Positions 31,598-41,067 of a stretch of 64,000 nucleotides of DNA are shown here, one piece after another. The stretch's first letter is position 1. Every line of letters begins with the position of its first letter. This DNA is from Mesorhizobium sp. (GTDB taxonomy: Bacteria > Pseudomonadota > Alphaproteobacteria > Rhizobiales > Rhizobiaceae). Under the pieces are notes generated by a model. It was not told the origin of the DNA, did not search any database, and worked only from the letters and a program-made list of their open reading frames with translations. The stretch is taken from assembly GCF_024509055.1 (NCBI RefSeq), contig NZ_JANINM010000385.1, positions 67,952 to 131,951 of the forward strand, read 5' to 3'. The translations under genes and the position numbers were made by a program.

Positions 31598-31601
31598 CGA
31601 G

Positions 31602-31643
31602 CCAATGTATTACATTGGTGCCAGATGGCATATCCTGCCATCC
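31602..31643 (+). other. Origin of transfer (oriT); predicted nic between 31637 and 31638
   Basis: ATATCCTG^CCA (31630-31640) matches the IncP/T-DNA border core. A perfect IR CCAATGTA-T-TACATTGG lies 5' of it, immediately upstream of mobC. Confidence 0.75.
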
Positions 31644-31911
31644 CTCATAATTGATCCACCCTCGTACAAAAACCAATTAGATGGAGTGAAATCATTCCAG
31701 ACGCGGAGTGGGCTGTATTGCCGAGGTTATTGCAAGCACATGGACGCCTGATATGTTCGACAGTCGAACGGCCTTGGCAGTCGTCATTGATGCCGGTCCG
31801 GTATCGACACCGTCGATCTGGACAAGATCAATACCCTGATACCTAGTAATCTTGGAGAGGGTCGGCCATGTTTGTGCTGTCCACGAATTGCAGCACAAGA
31901 GAGAACGCCAC

Positions 31912-32178
31912 ATGCCTCGTGCGAAATCCAACACCGGTGATCTGGCGGCCATCGCGGCGAGACGCGAGGCGCTGCTTGCCGAACTGGCGCGCGTCGACGA
32001 GCAGGCGAAGCAAGCGACGGAAGCGGCCCGTGACGCCGGTCGTCCTGTCCTTCTGGCCGCGCTCGAGCGGGTCAAGATCGCTGCCATCGAGAAGTCCGAC
32101 GCCCGCACGATCGCAGCGGCGCTCGCCTCCCATGGCGGCAAGGCAGTGGCTGAACGACTGGCCGCGCTCTCGGGCTGA
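31912..32178 (+). CDS. Small helical hypothetical protein divergent from mobC
   Basis: 88-aa Ala-rich coiled-coil ORF; upstream IR TTGTGCTG..CAGCACAA. Confidence 0.65.
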   Translation: MPRAKSNTGDLAAIAARREALLAELARVDEQAKQATEAARDAGRPVLLAALERVKIAAIEKSDARTIAAALASHGGKAVAERLAALSG

Positions 32179-32903
32179 TCGGTCGGCCGGGGCGAGCGTA
32201 TTCTGGAGGATCGCATGTCCGACCAACGGCGTGTCAGCGGCAGCCGTTCGCGGATCCGATCGCGCGAAGGGAACAGGGCATCAGAGCGGCGTTCCCGCGA
32301 CCCCCTCCCCCTCTCCGCTTGCCGGCGACCAGTCCCCGGAGCTCGGATAGCTGTCGTGAACGGTCGCTCGACGGATCGTCGGTAGCACACCCGTCGTAGC
32401 GGATGCCGTTCCCGCGATCGCACCAGTCCGTCGCAGCGAGGACGGCACCGGCTCCCGGCAACCAAGGCTCCTCGGCCGCTAGCCTCGCGCCTTTCACCAG
32501 CCCCATCGCGGTCGCAACGGGTACGATGGCGGGACATGGGCGATCGTGCGGAGTCGCTGACGTTGCCTAGATCATGACGACCAGGCGATCCGATCGAGGC
32601 TATCGGCAGATAGCGAGCTCCGTTGCCGCTGGTCCGCTTCCCAACGGCCGCTGACCCGCGTTTGGCGTGCACGCGCAAGCCCCAACGCGACGCTACCTGA
32701 CACAGGAACGGTCACCCTGCGGCCGATCAATCACACCGATTCGTCGCTCGGCATGAGGAGCGACGGGGATGGTCCCTGGCGGTCAGCCCCCCTCCCCTTC
32801 CGGCCGGTGTATGACGCCGGCTGTGCTGGCGGAGTGCCATCGACGGGGCGGTCGCGATCATGGCCGGGAGACTTACCCCCTCCCCTCCCCGGTCAGCTTG
32901 TCG

Positions 32904-33245
32904 TCACTTCCCGGCTTTTGCCTTCCGCGCCTCTTCGGTCAGGGCCAAGTCAAGGAGAAGCGTCATTGCCTCACCCTTTGAAACGCGGTTGCGCCAGACG
33001 AAGTCCTCGAAGCGAGCACGATCCTCGGGACGGCACCGGACGTGCACCGCGTCGGTAAAGGTCGGCTGCCGGACCTTGGGCGCCGGCCGCTGCGCCGGTG
33101 CGGGAGCCGGCTTTTCGGAGCGAAAGCCCAGCCCCTCCCCTGCTGATTTGGCTGCGGCCAGCTGTTCAGCGGTGGGGACCGGAATGTCATCATCAGCGGC
33201 GAAGCTGGTGATCGATCGACGCGATGCCGCAGGCTTCTCGCTCAT
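32904..33245 (-). CDS. ParA partner protein (ParG/VirC2-like, C-terminal RHH-like)
   Basis: Disordered N-terminus then VHVRCRPEDRARFEDFVWRNRVSKGEAMTLLL; ATGA overlap with parA. Confidence 0.7.
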   Translation of the reverse strand: MSEKPAASRRSITSFAADDDIPVPTAEQLAAAKSAGEGLGFRSEKPAPAPAQRPAPKVRQPTFTDAVHVRCRPEDRARFEDFVWRNRVSKGEAMTLLLDLALTEEARKAKAGK

Positions 33246-33922
33246 GCGCCCAGTCCTTCCTTGAGCAGCGTCACTACGTCGAACGCGAAGGCGTTAGCGT
33301 TCGCCTTCGCGCTGTCGAGTGAACCGACATCCGCCGCAGTCATGTCGTCCAGCGTACCGCCCATACTGAACAGGCCGCGGAATGCACCGCGCTCGGCGAT
33401 AGCGGTCGAGATCATCGGGACGTCTGCATCTTCCAGATTGCCGACGACGGCTTTCAGGTCACGCGGCCACAGCCTCGTCGAAGCAGGCGTCCGCGTCAGA
33501 ACCGCGGCAAAGGGCAAGGGGCGCTGGCGCGCGGTACCGGCATTGCGAATCGCCTTGAACGCGCGCGCAGCTTCCATGGCGTCGAGTTCGGAGCCCTGGA
33601 TCGGGACAAGGGCGAGATGCGACATCATCAGTGCGTTGGTCGCCCGCGCGCTGGCCTTCCCTTCCAGGTCGACGATGACATAGTCGGCGCGTTTACGCGC
33701 CGCGTCGATCGTACTGATGATCTCGTCCTCATCGATCTCGGGTACCACCTCGATATTGTCAGGCTTCCCGTCCTTCGCCGCCCAGCGTGACAGCGGGAAA
33801 TTCGGGTCGGCGTCGATCATCACGACGCTCGACCCTTTCGAAGCGAGAACCGTCGCGAGAATGAGCGAGGTAGTGGTCTTCCCCACCCCGCCCTTCGGGG
33901 ACAGCATCGATATCACCGGCAA
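33242..33922 (-). CDS. parA: ParA family ATPase (type Ib, VirC1-like)
   Basis: Deviant Walker A PKGGVGKTT, IDADPN, VIVDLEG; GAGGAG RBS before TTG 33922. Confidence 0.9.
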   Translation of the reverse strand: MPVISMLSPKGGVGKTTTSLILATVLASKGSSVVMIDADPNFPLSRWAAKDGKPDNIEVVPEIDEDEIISTIDAARKRADYVIVDLEGKASARATNALMMSHLALVPIQGSELDAMEAARAFKAIRNAGTARQRPLPFAAVLTRTPASTRLWPRDLKAVVGNLEDADVPMISTAIAERGAFRGLFSMGGTLDDMTAADVGSLDSAKANANAFAFDVVTLLKEGLGA

Positions 33923-34488
33923 CAGATGTCTCCTCAGGTTGATCGGCGGATGTGCACATGTGACGCACCAACCACGCCGCGAACGTGTGACCAAAGTTGC
34001 ACAAGCCCCCATTGGTGACAAGTGCGCGATGGTCGCTTGCGCACTTTATTGACATGTAAGCCGTGTGAACATGGGCACCGCGTGAGCATTGCGGGCGTTG
34101 GATGGCTGGCAATGGGTCAGGCACCGGACGCGGCTTGCACTCGCGTCCGACAAGCGACCACAGTGCCGCGTTCCCGACAGCATCGCCCCGTGCGCCAGGG
34201 GACCGCCTTCGCTCGGCGATCGGACGGCACGTTCAAGCGCCACGTGTGAGCATGCTCACATTGAGTACATGCTCACGAGGAAACTCGCAGAGGCACTCGC
34301 CCTCCCCTGCCCTCACGCCTGCTTAGGACGACCAGCGTCTATTCCACGCAACCGCGTTCAGCCAGCGATGGGAGTTGACCGAGTTTCGCCGACCGAGCAA
34401 TCAGCGCAACCAAACCGCCGAGGCGTTGTCCGATCGCCTTTCGCGACCGGCGACGTCAGCGATCCCAGTGCAGCCTTGGTGTGGTCGT

Positions 34489-34615
34489 AAGCTCACCGCG
34501 GCGACATGTTCACACCGCACTCATGTACACATGGCTCTGATGTTCACCCTGGTCACACGTTCACATAGCTAGGACGTTCACCTTGGCGACATGCTCACCG
34601 CCTGAATATGTTCAC
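34489..34615 (+). repeat. Array of 8 GYTCAC-like hexamers at an exact 17-bp period (candidate centromere/iterons)
   Basis: Hexamers start at 34491, 34508, 34525 (GTACAC), 34542, 34559, 34576, 34593 and 34610. Confidence 0.85.
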
Positions 34616-34954
34616 CTCGATACCCGTGGAACGGCCTCGCCACATCATTGGCCATCCTGTCACCGCCCGCACCCGAACCGCGCGGCGCTGCCGCGGGGAG
34701 GGGGGGCAGGTCGTCGGCGCTCTGCTGGTGAGTGCAGCTACCTGGGACGAATAGGCTCCTGTACTGGCGAGAGGCGCAACCGCGCTTCAGCCGCGACGAT
34801 CCTCCTTGAACCTGTCGACAATGCGCCCATGTTCACGCTGTGAACGTTTGCGCGCGCCGTTGTGCGTATCACCGCCCCGCGAGAAGACCCTGCGGCAGAG
34901 AGCAAGCTGGACCGAATTCCTACCGGCTCGCGGCTACTTGGTCGCGAGGTTTAT

Positions 34955-35066
34955 ACGTTCACCGCGCTGACATGTTCACGCCGTGCACACGTCCCAACCT
35001 TCAGAATGCTCACACCGTGAACGTTAGCCATGTGCTCACTCGGTGCACATTGTACACTTTGCGCAC
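34955..35066 (+). repeat. Second array of the same hexamer (17-bp and 9-bp spacing)
   Basis: 34957, 34974, (34991 degenerate), 35008; then 35034, 35043, 35052, 35061. Confidence 0.7.
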
Positions 35067-35487
35067 ATGGTCGTCGGAGGCATGGTGCACCGGCTTGCCT
35101 CGGTGGCGGCCACGTCGCCGGCCGGAATGGTCGCTGCGCCCAGGCAATAACCAACGGTCGCCCTGACCATCTAGCCGCACACCAGCCAGACATACGACGC
35201 CGATCGCAGAATGGCGTCGCCCACCAGCAGCGTTGCGTCGGCCGGAAACGACGGCCGATAGCTTTGGCCGCGCCGGATCCAGAGGCCATCCAAGCTCGGC
35301 AGGGTTGACAAGGGGAGGTCGCCCAAATGCGATGCCGCGTCATGCGCGCCGACTTTGCGAGCCAAAGATGCGCCGAAAGAAGCTGACGAACGCTCGGCAG
35401 GTGCCGCCGCACAATTTCGACCTCGATGTCGCGCGGCCGCTTTGCCACTACACCTCTGCTCCGTGCAGCCGGCGGCCAGGAAGCCGG

Positions 35488-35511
35488 CGGCGTGCCCCGC
35501 GGGGCACGCCG
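35488..35511. repeat. Perfect 24-bp palindrome
   Basis: CGGCGTGCCCCGCGGGGCACGCCG. Confidence 0.8.
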
Positions 35512-36471
35512 TCGCTTCGGAACCGGGTGTTGGAAACCAAGAGTGAGCTTGGCGCGAACGCCTTTAGCCGGGCGGCCTGGACATACGCGTCCGCCACCCG
35601 GTCAATCGAACCGGCTCTCACTCTTCGGGGTTTCCACGCCCCGGCCCGCGTCTCCGCAGGCGCCTCATCCTTACCGAACGGCTGCACCGCGGCGCAACCC
35701 GCCATTGTCCCGCTATTCTGTGGTATCTCTTGAAGAAGCCTTCTCCCTTGGGCCAGCGCCCGCCGCGATCGCCTAGAGACCGACGACAGGGAGAGAAAAT
35801 CGCGAGGATCCCCCCTCAAGGTCTGACGGCTCACTCCTCCCAGAGCGGCTTGGGATTGCGGCGACGCTTGGCCTTTGATGGCCGGGGGAGGGGGGATGCC
35901 GCATCGAGCTCCCGATTGATTGCCGCCAGGTCCGAACGCCACGCCTGGATACGAGCCGATTGGTCATGCATGGAAAGCCTCCGTCTGTTCGAGTGAAGAC
36001 GAGGTGCCGCTGGACGGTCGGTTGGGGCCGGGGTCCAGGACTGCGCCAGCAGCCGCGCGAGCGGGGCGTGGGGGAGCCGATTGTCTCGGCCCTGGAGCGC
36101 CAGCGGAACGGGCCGGGAGAATTGGGGGAACCGCGCATCCTTGACGCCGACCCCGGCCGGCCGTCACACTGGGGAGACGTCGACGACAGCCTCTTCTTTT
36201 CTTCCCGTTGGACGCGGCGATCCGCGAGCAAGCGACATGCCCCAACGAGGTAACGAGCCCAAGACGGCCCCGATATGACGCGGCCGTGCAGGTGCAGCTT
36301 CGCCGGGTTGACCGAGCGCGGTCACGGCATCGCTGCGTGGGTCACCATGATCGATGGCGACAGCTCCCCTGACCATCGCGATCCTCGGCCTGGCGCCTCT
36401 CGCCGGATCGGACGCACTGGGCGCGCTGCCAGCACCGGACCCCGGCGGCAGGACCGCCGGAGCCCGACCGA

Positions 36472-36864
36472 TCAGCGCTCGTCGGCGCGCATGATCGTCA
36501 GGACGCGTACCGTCACGGATGGGTCTGAGGGGTCTTCCGAGCCGGCGGACAGGTCGGCGTTGTAATAGTCGATCTTCCACATGCAGGCTGCGCCTTCAAA
36601 GTCGAACGTGCCGAGGTCGTGTTCGCCATAAGGGTCGTTCGCGCGCGTGAAGGCGTCATAGCCCCGGATCGCTCGGAGGAGTTCGGCGCGCTTGCGGAAG
36701 TTGCGGAAGATGCCAACGTCGCCGATCAGTTCGGCGATCCCGCTGGTCATCATGACCCGGTCGGTGCCGGGCTGGGTGATGTGATCGCGCAGCCGGTCGT
36801 TGAGGCGCGCGATCGCGCTGGCGGCATCGGCGGTACTTGCAGGCCGGGGGGTGGCATCGGACAT
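36472..36864 (-). CDS. DUF3768 domain protein
   Basis: IARLNDRLR, NDPYGEHDLG, WKIDYY, SEDPSDPSVTVRVLTIM; AAGGAG RBS. Confidence 0.88.
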   Translation of the reverse strand: MSDATPRPASTADAASAIARLNDRLRDHITQPGTDRVMMTSGIAELIGDVGIFRNFRKRAELLRAIRGYDAFTRANDPYGEHDLGTFDFEGAACMWKIDYYNADLSAGSEDPSDPSVTVRVLTIMRADER

Positions 36865-37129
36865 GACGGTCTCCTTGACGCTCGAGCCCCGGTGATCGGG
36901 GCCTTTCGACACGCGGCAGGACCGCCGGGGCATAGCCGCCCGGCGCACCCGAAGGGTCGAAACGGCAGTGGAGAAGCCCGCGCCAGCGGGCTTGCGCCGG
37001 GCTGCGCCTCGGCGAGGACGTGCGCGCCAGGAAAGTCCCGGATGATCGCCGGAAGAGAGTAGGGGGCCGCCCTGCCAAGCCGCCCCACCATGCTGGACGA
37101 AAGCGGAGCCGACCCGCTATCCTTCATCG

Positions 37130-37456
37130 ATGGAGACCGGCGCCGACATCATCGCCCTGTGGCCCCGCTGGCTGGAAAACGTCGGCGAGATGCGTCGGAT
37201 GAACGCGCTCGTTCGCGTACGCTGCGCGGTCTGCGGGACGATACTGCGCGTCGACCTCGACGACATCGTTGCCCGCCATGGCGTGGGCTATTCGCTGGTC
37301 GACAAGCTGGAGCGCTGCCGAATGGTCGGCTGTGCGGGCTCGACCTTCTATCTCGCATCGCGGACCTACGGGCAGGCCTGGACGGCGCTGCTGCGCGATC
37401 CGGCGTTGCTCGGGAGCTTCGCGACGTTGCCACCGGTCCGTACCGCGCTCGGTTGA
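37130..37456 (+). CDS. Hypothetical Zn-binding protein
   Basis: RCAVCG ... RCRMVGC; precedes SRAP. Start is uncertain. Confidence 0.6.
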   Translation: METGADIIALWPRWLENVGEMRRMNALVRVRCAVCGTILRVDLDDIVARHGVGYSLVDKLERCRMVGCAGSTFYLASRTYGQAWTALLRDPALLGSFATLPPVRTALG

Positions 37457-37468
37457 CGGCCCACAGCG

Positions 37469-38122
37469 ATGTGCACCAACTACCGCCGCACCAAGGGCTT
37501 CGATCAAGTCTGCGAGGAGTTCTACGAGACGCGCATCCCCGTACGCTTTCCCGAGCGTCATCAGGCACCCAATCTGGAGCCGCAGCCCGAGGTTCGTCCC
37601 ACCAATCGCGCGGTCGTCTTGCGCGCGCAGGAGGACGGGGTTGCGCTGACCTGGATGCGCTGGGGATTGATCCCCTTCTTCCATAAGGGGCCGGTCAGCG
37701 GCTGGAAGGCTGCGACGTTCAATGCCCGTGCCGAGGGCGTGAAGACGGCGCCGTCGTTTCGCGATGCCTTCAAGCGACGCCGCTGCCTCATCGCTGCCGA
37801 AGGGTGGGTCGAGTGGAAGGGGGAGGGCAAGCCGAAACCCAAATTCTACGTCGCTCCGCGGGACGGCGCACCGATCTGCTTCGCCGGCCTGTGGGATCGG
37901 GCGAGGACGCAGGACGCGGGCGAGATCGAGAGCTTCACGATGGTGACGCAGCCGCCGGGCGCGCTGAGTGATCTCCATGACCGCGCGCCGGTTGTGTTGC
38001 GGCAGGAGGATTGGGCGCGTTGGCTCGATCTGGAGGCGCCGGTCGATGACCTGCTGACGACCGAGCCCGCCGATCTCTATAGCATCCGGCCGTTTCACGA
38101 GGTCACCGGCGGCCTGCTCTGA
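37469..38122 (+). CDS. SOS response-associated peptidase (SRAP/YedK/HMCES family)
   Basis: N-terminal MC, MRWGLIP, FNARAE, RRCLIAAEGWVEW, FAGLWD, LHDRAPVVL. Confidence 0.92.
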   Translation: MCTNYRRTKGFDQVCEEFYETRIPVRFPERHQAPNLEPQPEVRPTNRAVVLRAQEDGVALTWMRWGLIPFFHKGPVSGWKAATFNARAEGVKTAPSFRDAFKRRRCLIAAEGWVEWKGEGKPKPKFYVAPRDGAPICFAGLWDRARTQDAGEIESFTMVTQPPGALSDLHDRAPVVLRQEDWARWLDLEAPVDDLLTTEPADLYSIRPFHEVTGGLL

Positions 38123-38135
38123 GGCCGTCAGGTGG

Positions 38136-38327
38136 TCAGCCGTCGGCCTCGTCGATCAGCTTCTGCACGCGGGCGATGGGGGTATCGTCGATCGGTCGGA
38201 TCGTCTCGTCGCATCCCGGACAATCGATCGTCCGCGCGAGGCGAAGCGTCTTGAACGCGATGTTGAGTGTCCGACCGCACGCCGGGCATTCGGTTTGCGC
38301 GGCGATGTCATCGAGCTCGTGCGCCAT
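38136..38327 (-). CDS. Small Zn-ribbon protein
   Basis: CPACG ... CPGC in 63 aa. Confidence 0.6.
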   Translation of the reverse strand: MAHELDDIAAQTECPACGRTLNIAFKTLRLARTIDCPGCDETIRPIDDTPIARVQKLIDEADG

Positions 38328-38460
38328 CGCGCGACGATAGCCGGGATCAGCGGATCTGGTGAGCCGGTGAACCGCTCCACCGGGCCCGGGCGGGTTCGAT
38401 GCCCGCCCGGGCCCTTGGTCGAGACGGGGAGGGGAGGGGGGCCTTTCAGCCCCCGGGATG

Positions 38461-38625
38461 TCAGGCAAAAGGGTCGTATTCGTTGACGATGATGTGCGAG
38501 CTGTCGTGATCTTCGGCGGTGATGACGGCGTATTGGGTGCCGATGGCGATGACCATGGTGGCGACCATGAGGCTGCGGGCGAGGCTGAGGGCGGATTTGC
38601 GGGCGATCCAGATGTCGTTGAACAT
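38461..38625 (-). CDS. Small hypothetical protein (54 aa)
   Basis: AGGAG RBS; GC3-rich codons; ends EYDPFA. Confidence 0.6.
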   Translation of the reverse strand: MFNDIWIARKSALSLARSLMVATMVIAIGTQYAVITAEDHDSSHIIVNEYDPFA

Positions 38626-38643
38626 GTCCGAGGCTCCTGTGAA

Positions 38644-38823
38644 GCCGACGGGGTTCATCCCCGCTCGACAGGCGCCCGACAGGACGGGGAGGGGCCGCGA
38701 TCACTTTTCGCCGGCACGGCAAAAAGCCGTAGCGAAGCGCCCGGACCCTTCACGGGTTGATCGTACAAGGACCCGCACCGGCCCAAGGATTGCGCCTCCA
38801 AGAGCGGGGTGAACCTCGTCGGC
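38644..38823. promoter_or_regulatory. Long fold-back leader (candidate ssDNA promoter/ssi)
   Basis: GCCGACGGGGTTCATCCCCGCTC (38644-38666) pairs with GAGCGGGGTGAACCTCGTCGGC (38802-38823). Confidence 0.5.
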
Positions 38824-39263
38824 CGGGAGCGTCGTGGCTGAAGCACTGGGCCGCCCTCGACGTTCACCACGTCGGCGATCCGGTCGCTCCCTTTCCTCGC
38901 GCGCCCACTCCGCGTGCCGCGATGGCAAGACCAGTGCTATGCGCCAGCGATCCTATTGCGCTCGACAGGCACAGCGCGCCGGTTGCCTGCGATCGGCCCC
39001 GTTGTGCGCCACTGCCTTCGTCAGCTGATCGTCACCCGGATGGGCCGAGACCCGTCAGGGGCTCGGTGGAGCGTCAAGCGGAATAGAGCGGCGGTCCCGG
39101 CGACAGCCGGGAGACGTCGACGATGTGTTCTGCTACGGGGACTGGAACAGCAGCGTCATACCTGCGGTGCGTTGCCGGTCGAGGTCGGATACTGATCCTT
39201 CGCACCGGGCAAGGGGAGGGGGTACCGCCGGCATGGGTGCCCCACCCGCCTGCAAAGCATCGA

Positions 39264-39728
39264 TCAGTCGAAGCCCTCGCGCGGCGGCTGCGCGCTCGGC
39301 GGGACGTAGGTGGCATTCTTGACCGTCTCCTCCTGACGCAAAACCCAGTCGAGCGGACCGGTAGGCCAGAAGCGGGCCGGCGCGATGACGCGGCCATCGA
39401 ACTCAAGCGGCGTCGCGTAGCGGGTGGCGACAGCGGCGAGCACGTTCAGGATGATGAGCGTCAGCAGCAGCCAGAGCAGGCTGCAGAGTGCTGTCCGGCC
39501 CATGCCGGTTGCGCCTCCGAACCAACCCAGGCCGCTCGTCATCGTGACCGCGAGGCCCTGCGCGGCGAGAAGGCCGACAATCCCCGCCGGCACCATCAGC
39601 TTGAGACGCAGGATCGCCGACCAGAATAGTCCGGCGATGAGGTGGGGCAGCAGCAACACGCCGATGCCGATGGCGATGAGCCGCGCATCGTCGGGAAGCG
39701 CTGCAAGGAAGGCAGGATCGAAACGCAT
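39264..39728 (-). CDS. Hypothetical membrane protein (about 3 TM)
   Basis: Hydrophobic segments; coupled to the upstream ORF. Confidence 0.6.
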   Translation of the reverse strand: MRFDPAFLAALPDDARLIAIGIGVLLLPHLIAGLFWSAILRLKLMVPAGIVGLLAAQGLAVTMTSGLGWFGGATGMGRTALCSLLWLLLTLIILNVLAAVATRYATPLEFDGRVIAPARFWPTGPLDWVLRQEETVKNATYVPPSAQPPREGFD

Positions 39729-40660
39729 CAGCGCAGCAGCCAGGACAAGCCCTGTGCCACGGCAGCGCGGGCACGTTCGCGCTTGCCGACAGGCGGGGGC
39801 GGTGCGGGAGCGGGATCTGCGTCAGGAAGGACGGAGGTCAGCGCCTGCTCTGAATAGTTCAGCACCAGCATGTTTCGGATACGCGCGGCGGGGAGGTAGA
39901 TGGCGCCGCCAACCGGCTTTGCCTCCTCCACCACCAGTCCGGCAGCGACCGACGCGCCCGCATCGTCGCGCCGCATCATCGAGCCCCAGCTGCGCGGCAA
40001 GCTGAGATGACCCTTCTCCTTGGGTTTGCCGCCGATCATGTAGATGAAGCGATTGGGCTCCGACAGGGTCAGCGCCTTGATCTCGCCGTCGTCCGACAGA
40101 CGGATATCGGCGATCCCTCCCGCGTAGCCGAGGCCGCGACCGTCTTCGACCGCGTCGGTGAGGACATAGGCGAGCTGGAAATAGCCATGGTTCGTCGGAT
40201 CGATGATGTGCTGGAATGCCCAGCCCTGGGTGTGGCTGTCGAGCCCGTCGAGCACCAGCGCCAATCCCCTGTGCCGGATCATGACGGCGACGAGATAGGA
40301 CAGAAAGATGAGGATGAAGGCAAACTCGATCAGGCCGAGCGGCTCGCCCGGGCCGAGGTCGCGGGCATTGGGACCTGAGGTCGGGCGGATCATCAAACCG
40401 GCGACGACGCGATAAGGCGAGACCAGCCCAGGTCGTTCGGGCCCGCTGAGAATTGCGACGATCCCGTCGCATACGATCGCACCGAACAGATGCGCCGCGA
40501 GGCTGATGCCACCCGCCAGCGCGAGGCTGTTGAGCGCGGTAAGCGGTTGATCGGGCCGTCGTACGCCGTGGCGTCGGCCCAGATTGTTCCAGAAGATAAG
40601 CCCGGTGATGCCCGGGAGCAGCCACAGCAGTGCGGTAAGAAGGGAAAAGGTGAGGCTCAA
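39728..40660 (-). CDS. Hypothetical membrane protein (about 3 N-terminal TM plus soluble domain)
   Basis: LLWLLPG N-terminal TM, further TMs, Y.G.I.DI beta-rich C-terminal part. Confidence 0.7.
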   Translation of the reverse strand: MSLTFSLLTALLWLLPGITGLIFWNNLGRRHGVRRPDQPLTALNSLALAGGISLAAHLFGAIVCDGIVAILSGPERPGLVSPYRVVAGLMIRPTSGPNARDLGPGEPLGLIEFAFILIFLSYLVAVMIRHRGLALVLDGLDSHTQGWAFQHIIDPTNHGYFQLAYVLTDAVEDGRGLGYAGGIADIRLSDDGEIKALTLSEPNRFIYMIGGKPKEKGHLSLPRSWGSMMRRDDAGASVAAGLVVEEAKPVGGAIYLPAARIRNMLVLNYSEQALTSVLPDADPAPAPPPPVGKRERARAAVAQGLSWLLR

Positions 40661-40670
40661 TGCGAGACGT

Positions 40671-40847
40671 TCAGCGTCGCGTGGTCTCGTTATTGGTTAC
40701 CGCCTGGGGCGCGTCGACTGCGGTGCCTTCGCGACGGGTGCGTTCGGTCTGCGCCTGCGACAGGCGCCGAGCGAGCTGGAAATAGCCACCCGCGGCGGCG
40801 GCTGCGCGACCGATCGCGCGCTGCTGCCTGACGTTCGTGACGAGCAT
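40671..40847 (-). CDS. Putative small protein (58 aa, below ORF-track cutoff)
   Basis: GGGAG RBS, MLVTNVRQQRAIGRAAAAAGGYFQLARR...; stop lies 10 bp before the next ORF. Confidence 0.4.
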   Translation of the reverse strand: MLVTNVRQQRAIGRAAAAAGGYFQLARRLSQAQTERTRREGTAVDAPQAVTNNETTRR

Positions 40848-41026
40848 TGCATCATCTCCCGGCCGAGGGGTCTTGGCCGCTTGTGGTCAACATAACGCTC
40901 GAAACGGTAAAAAGGTAGAGTGCGGGATCACGTCATCGGCGCGAGCACGGTCCTTCGACCTGCCACTTGGGCATCGTGTCTCAACCGACAAAGGTTAGGA
41001 AGGGATGCCTGGCGCGAGGCAGCACG

Positions 41027-41055
41027 AAAGAGCCCGGGAGCCGAAGCTCCCGGGC
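41027..41055 (-). terminator. Intrinsic terminator after ssb
   Basis: GCCCGGGAGC-TTCG-GCTCCCGGGC-TCTTT on the minus strand. Confidence 0.75.
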
Positions 41056-41067
41056 CGCCCGCCCCGA

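Noticed and set aside
34489-35066. CRISPR array or mini-array
   Set aside because: The conserved unit is only 6-8 bp with 9-11 bp linkers, far below CRISPR repeat/spacer sizes, and no cas genes are present.
33950-36470. Replication initiator gene next to parA
   Set aside because: No ORF with Rep-like features; the ORFs here are short and Arg/Pro/Ala-rich.
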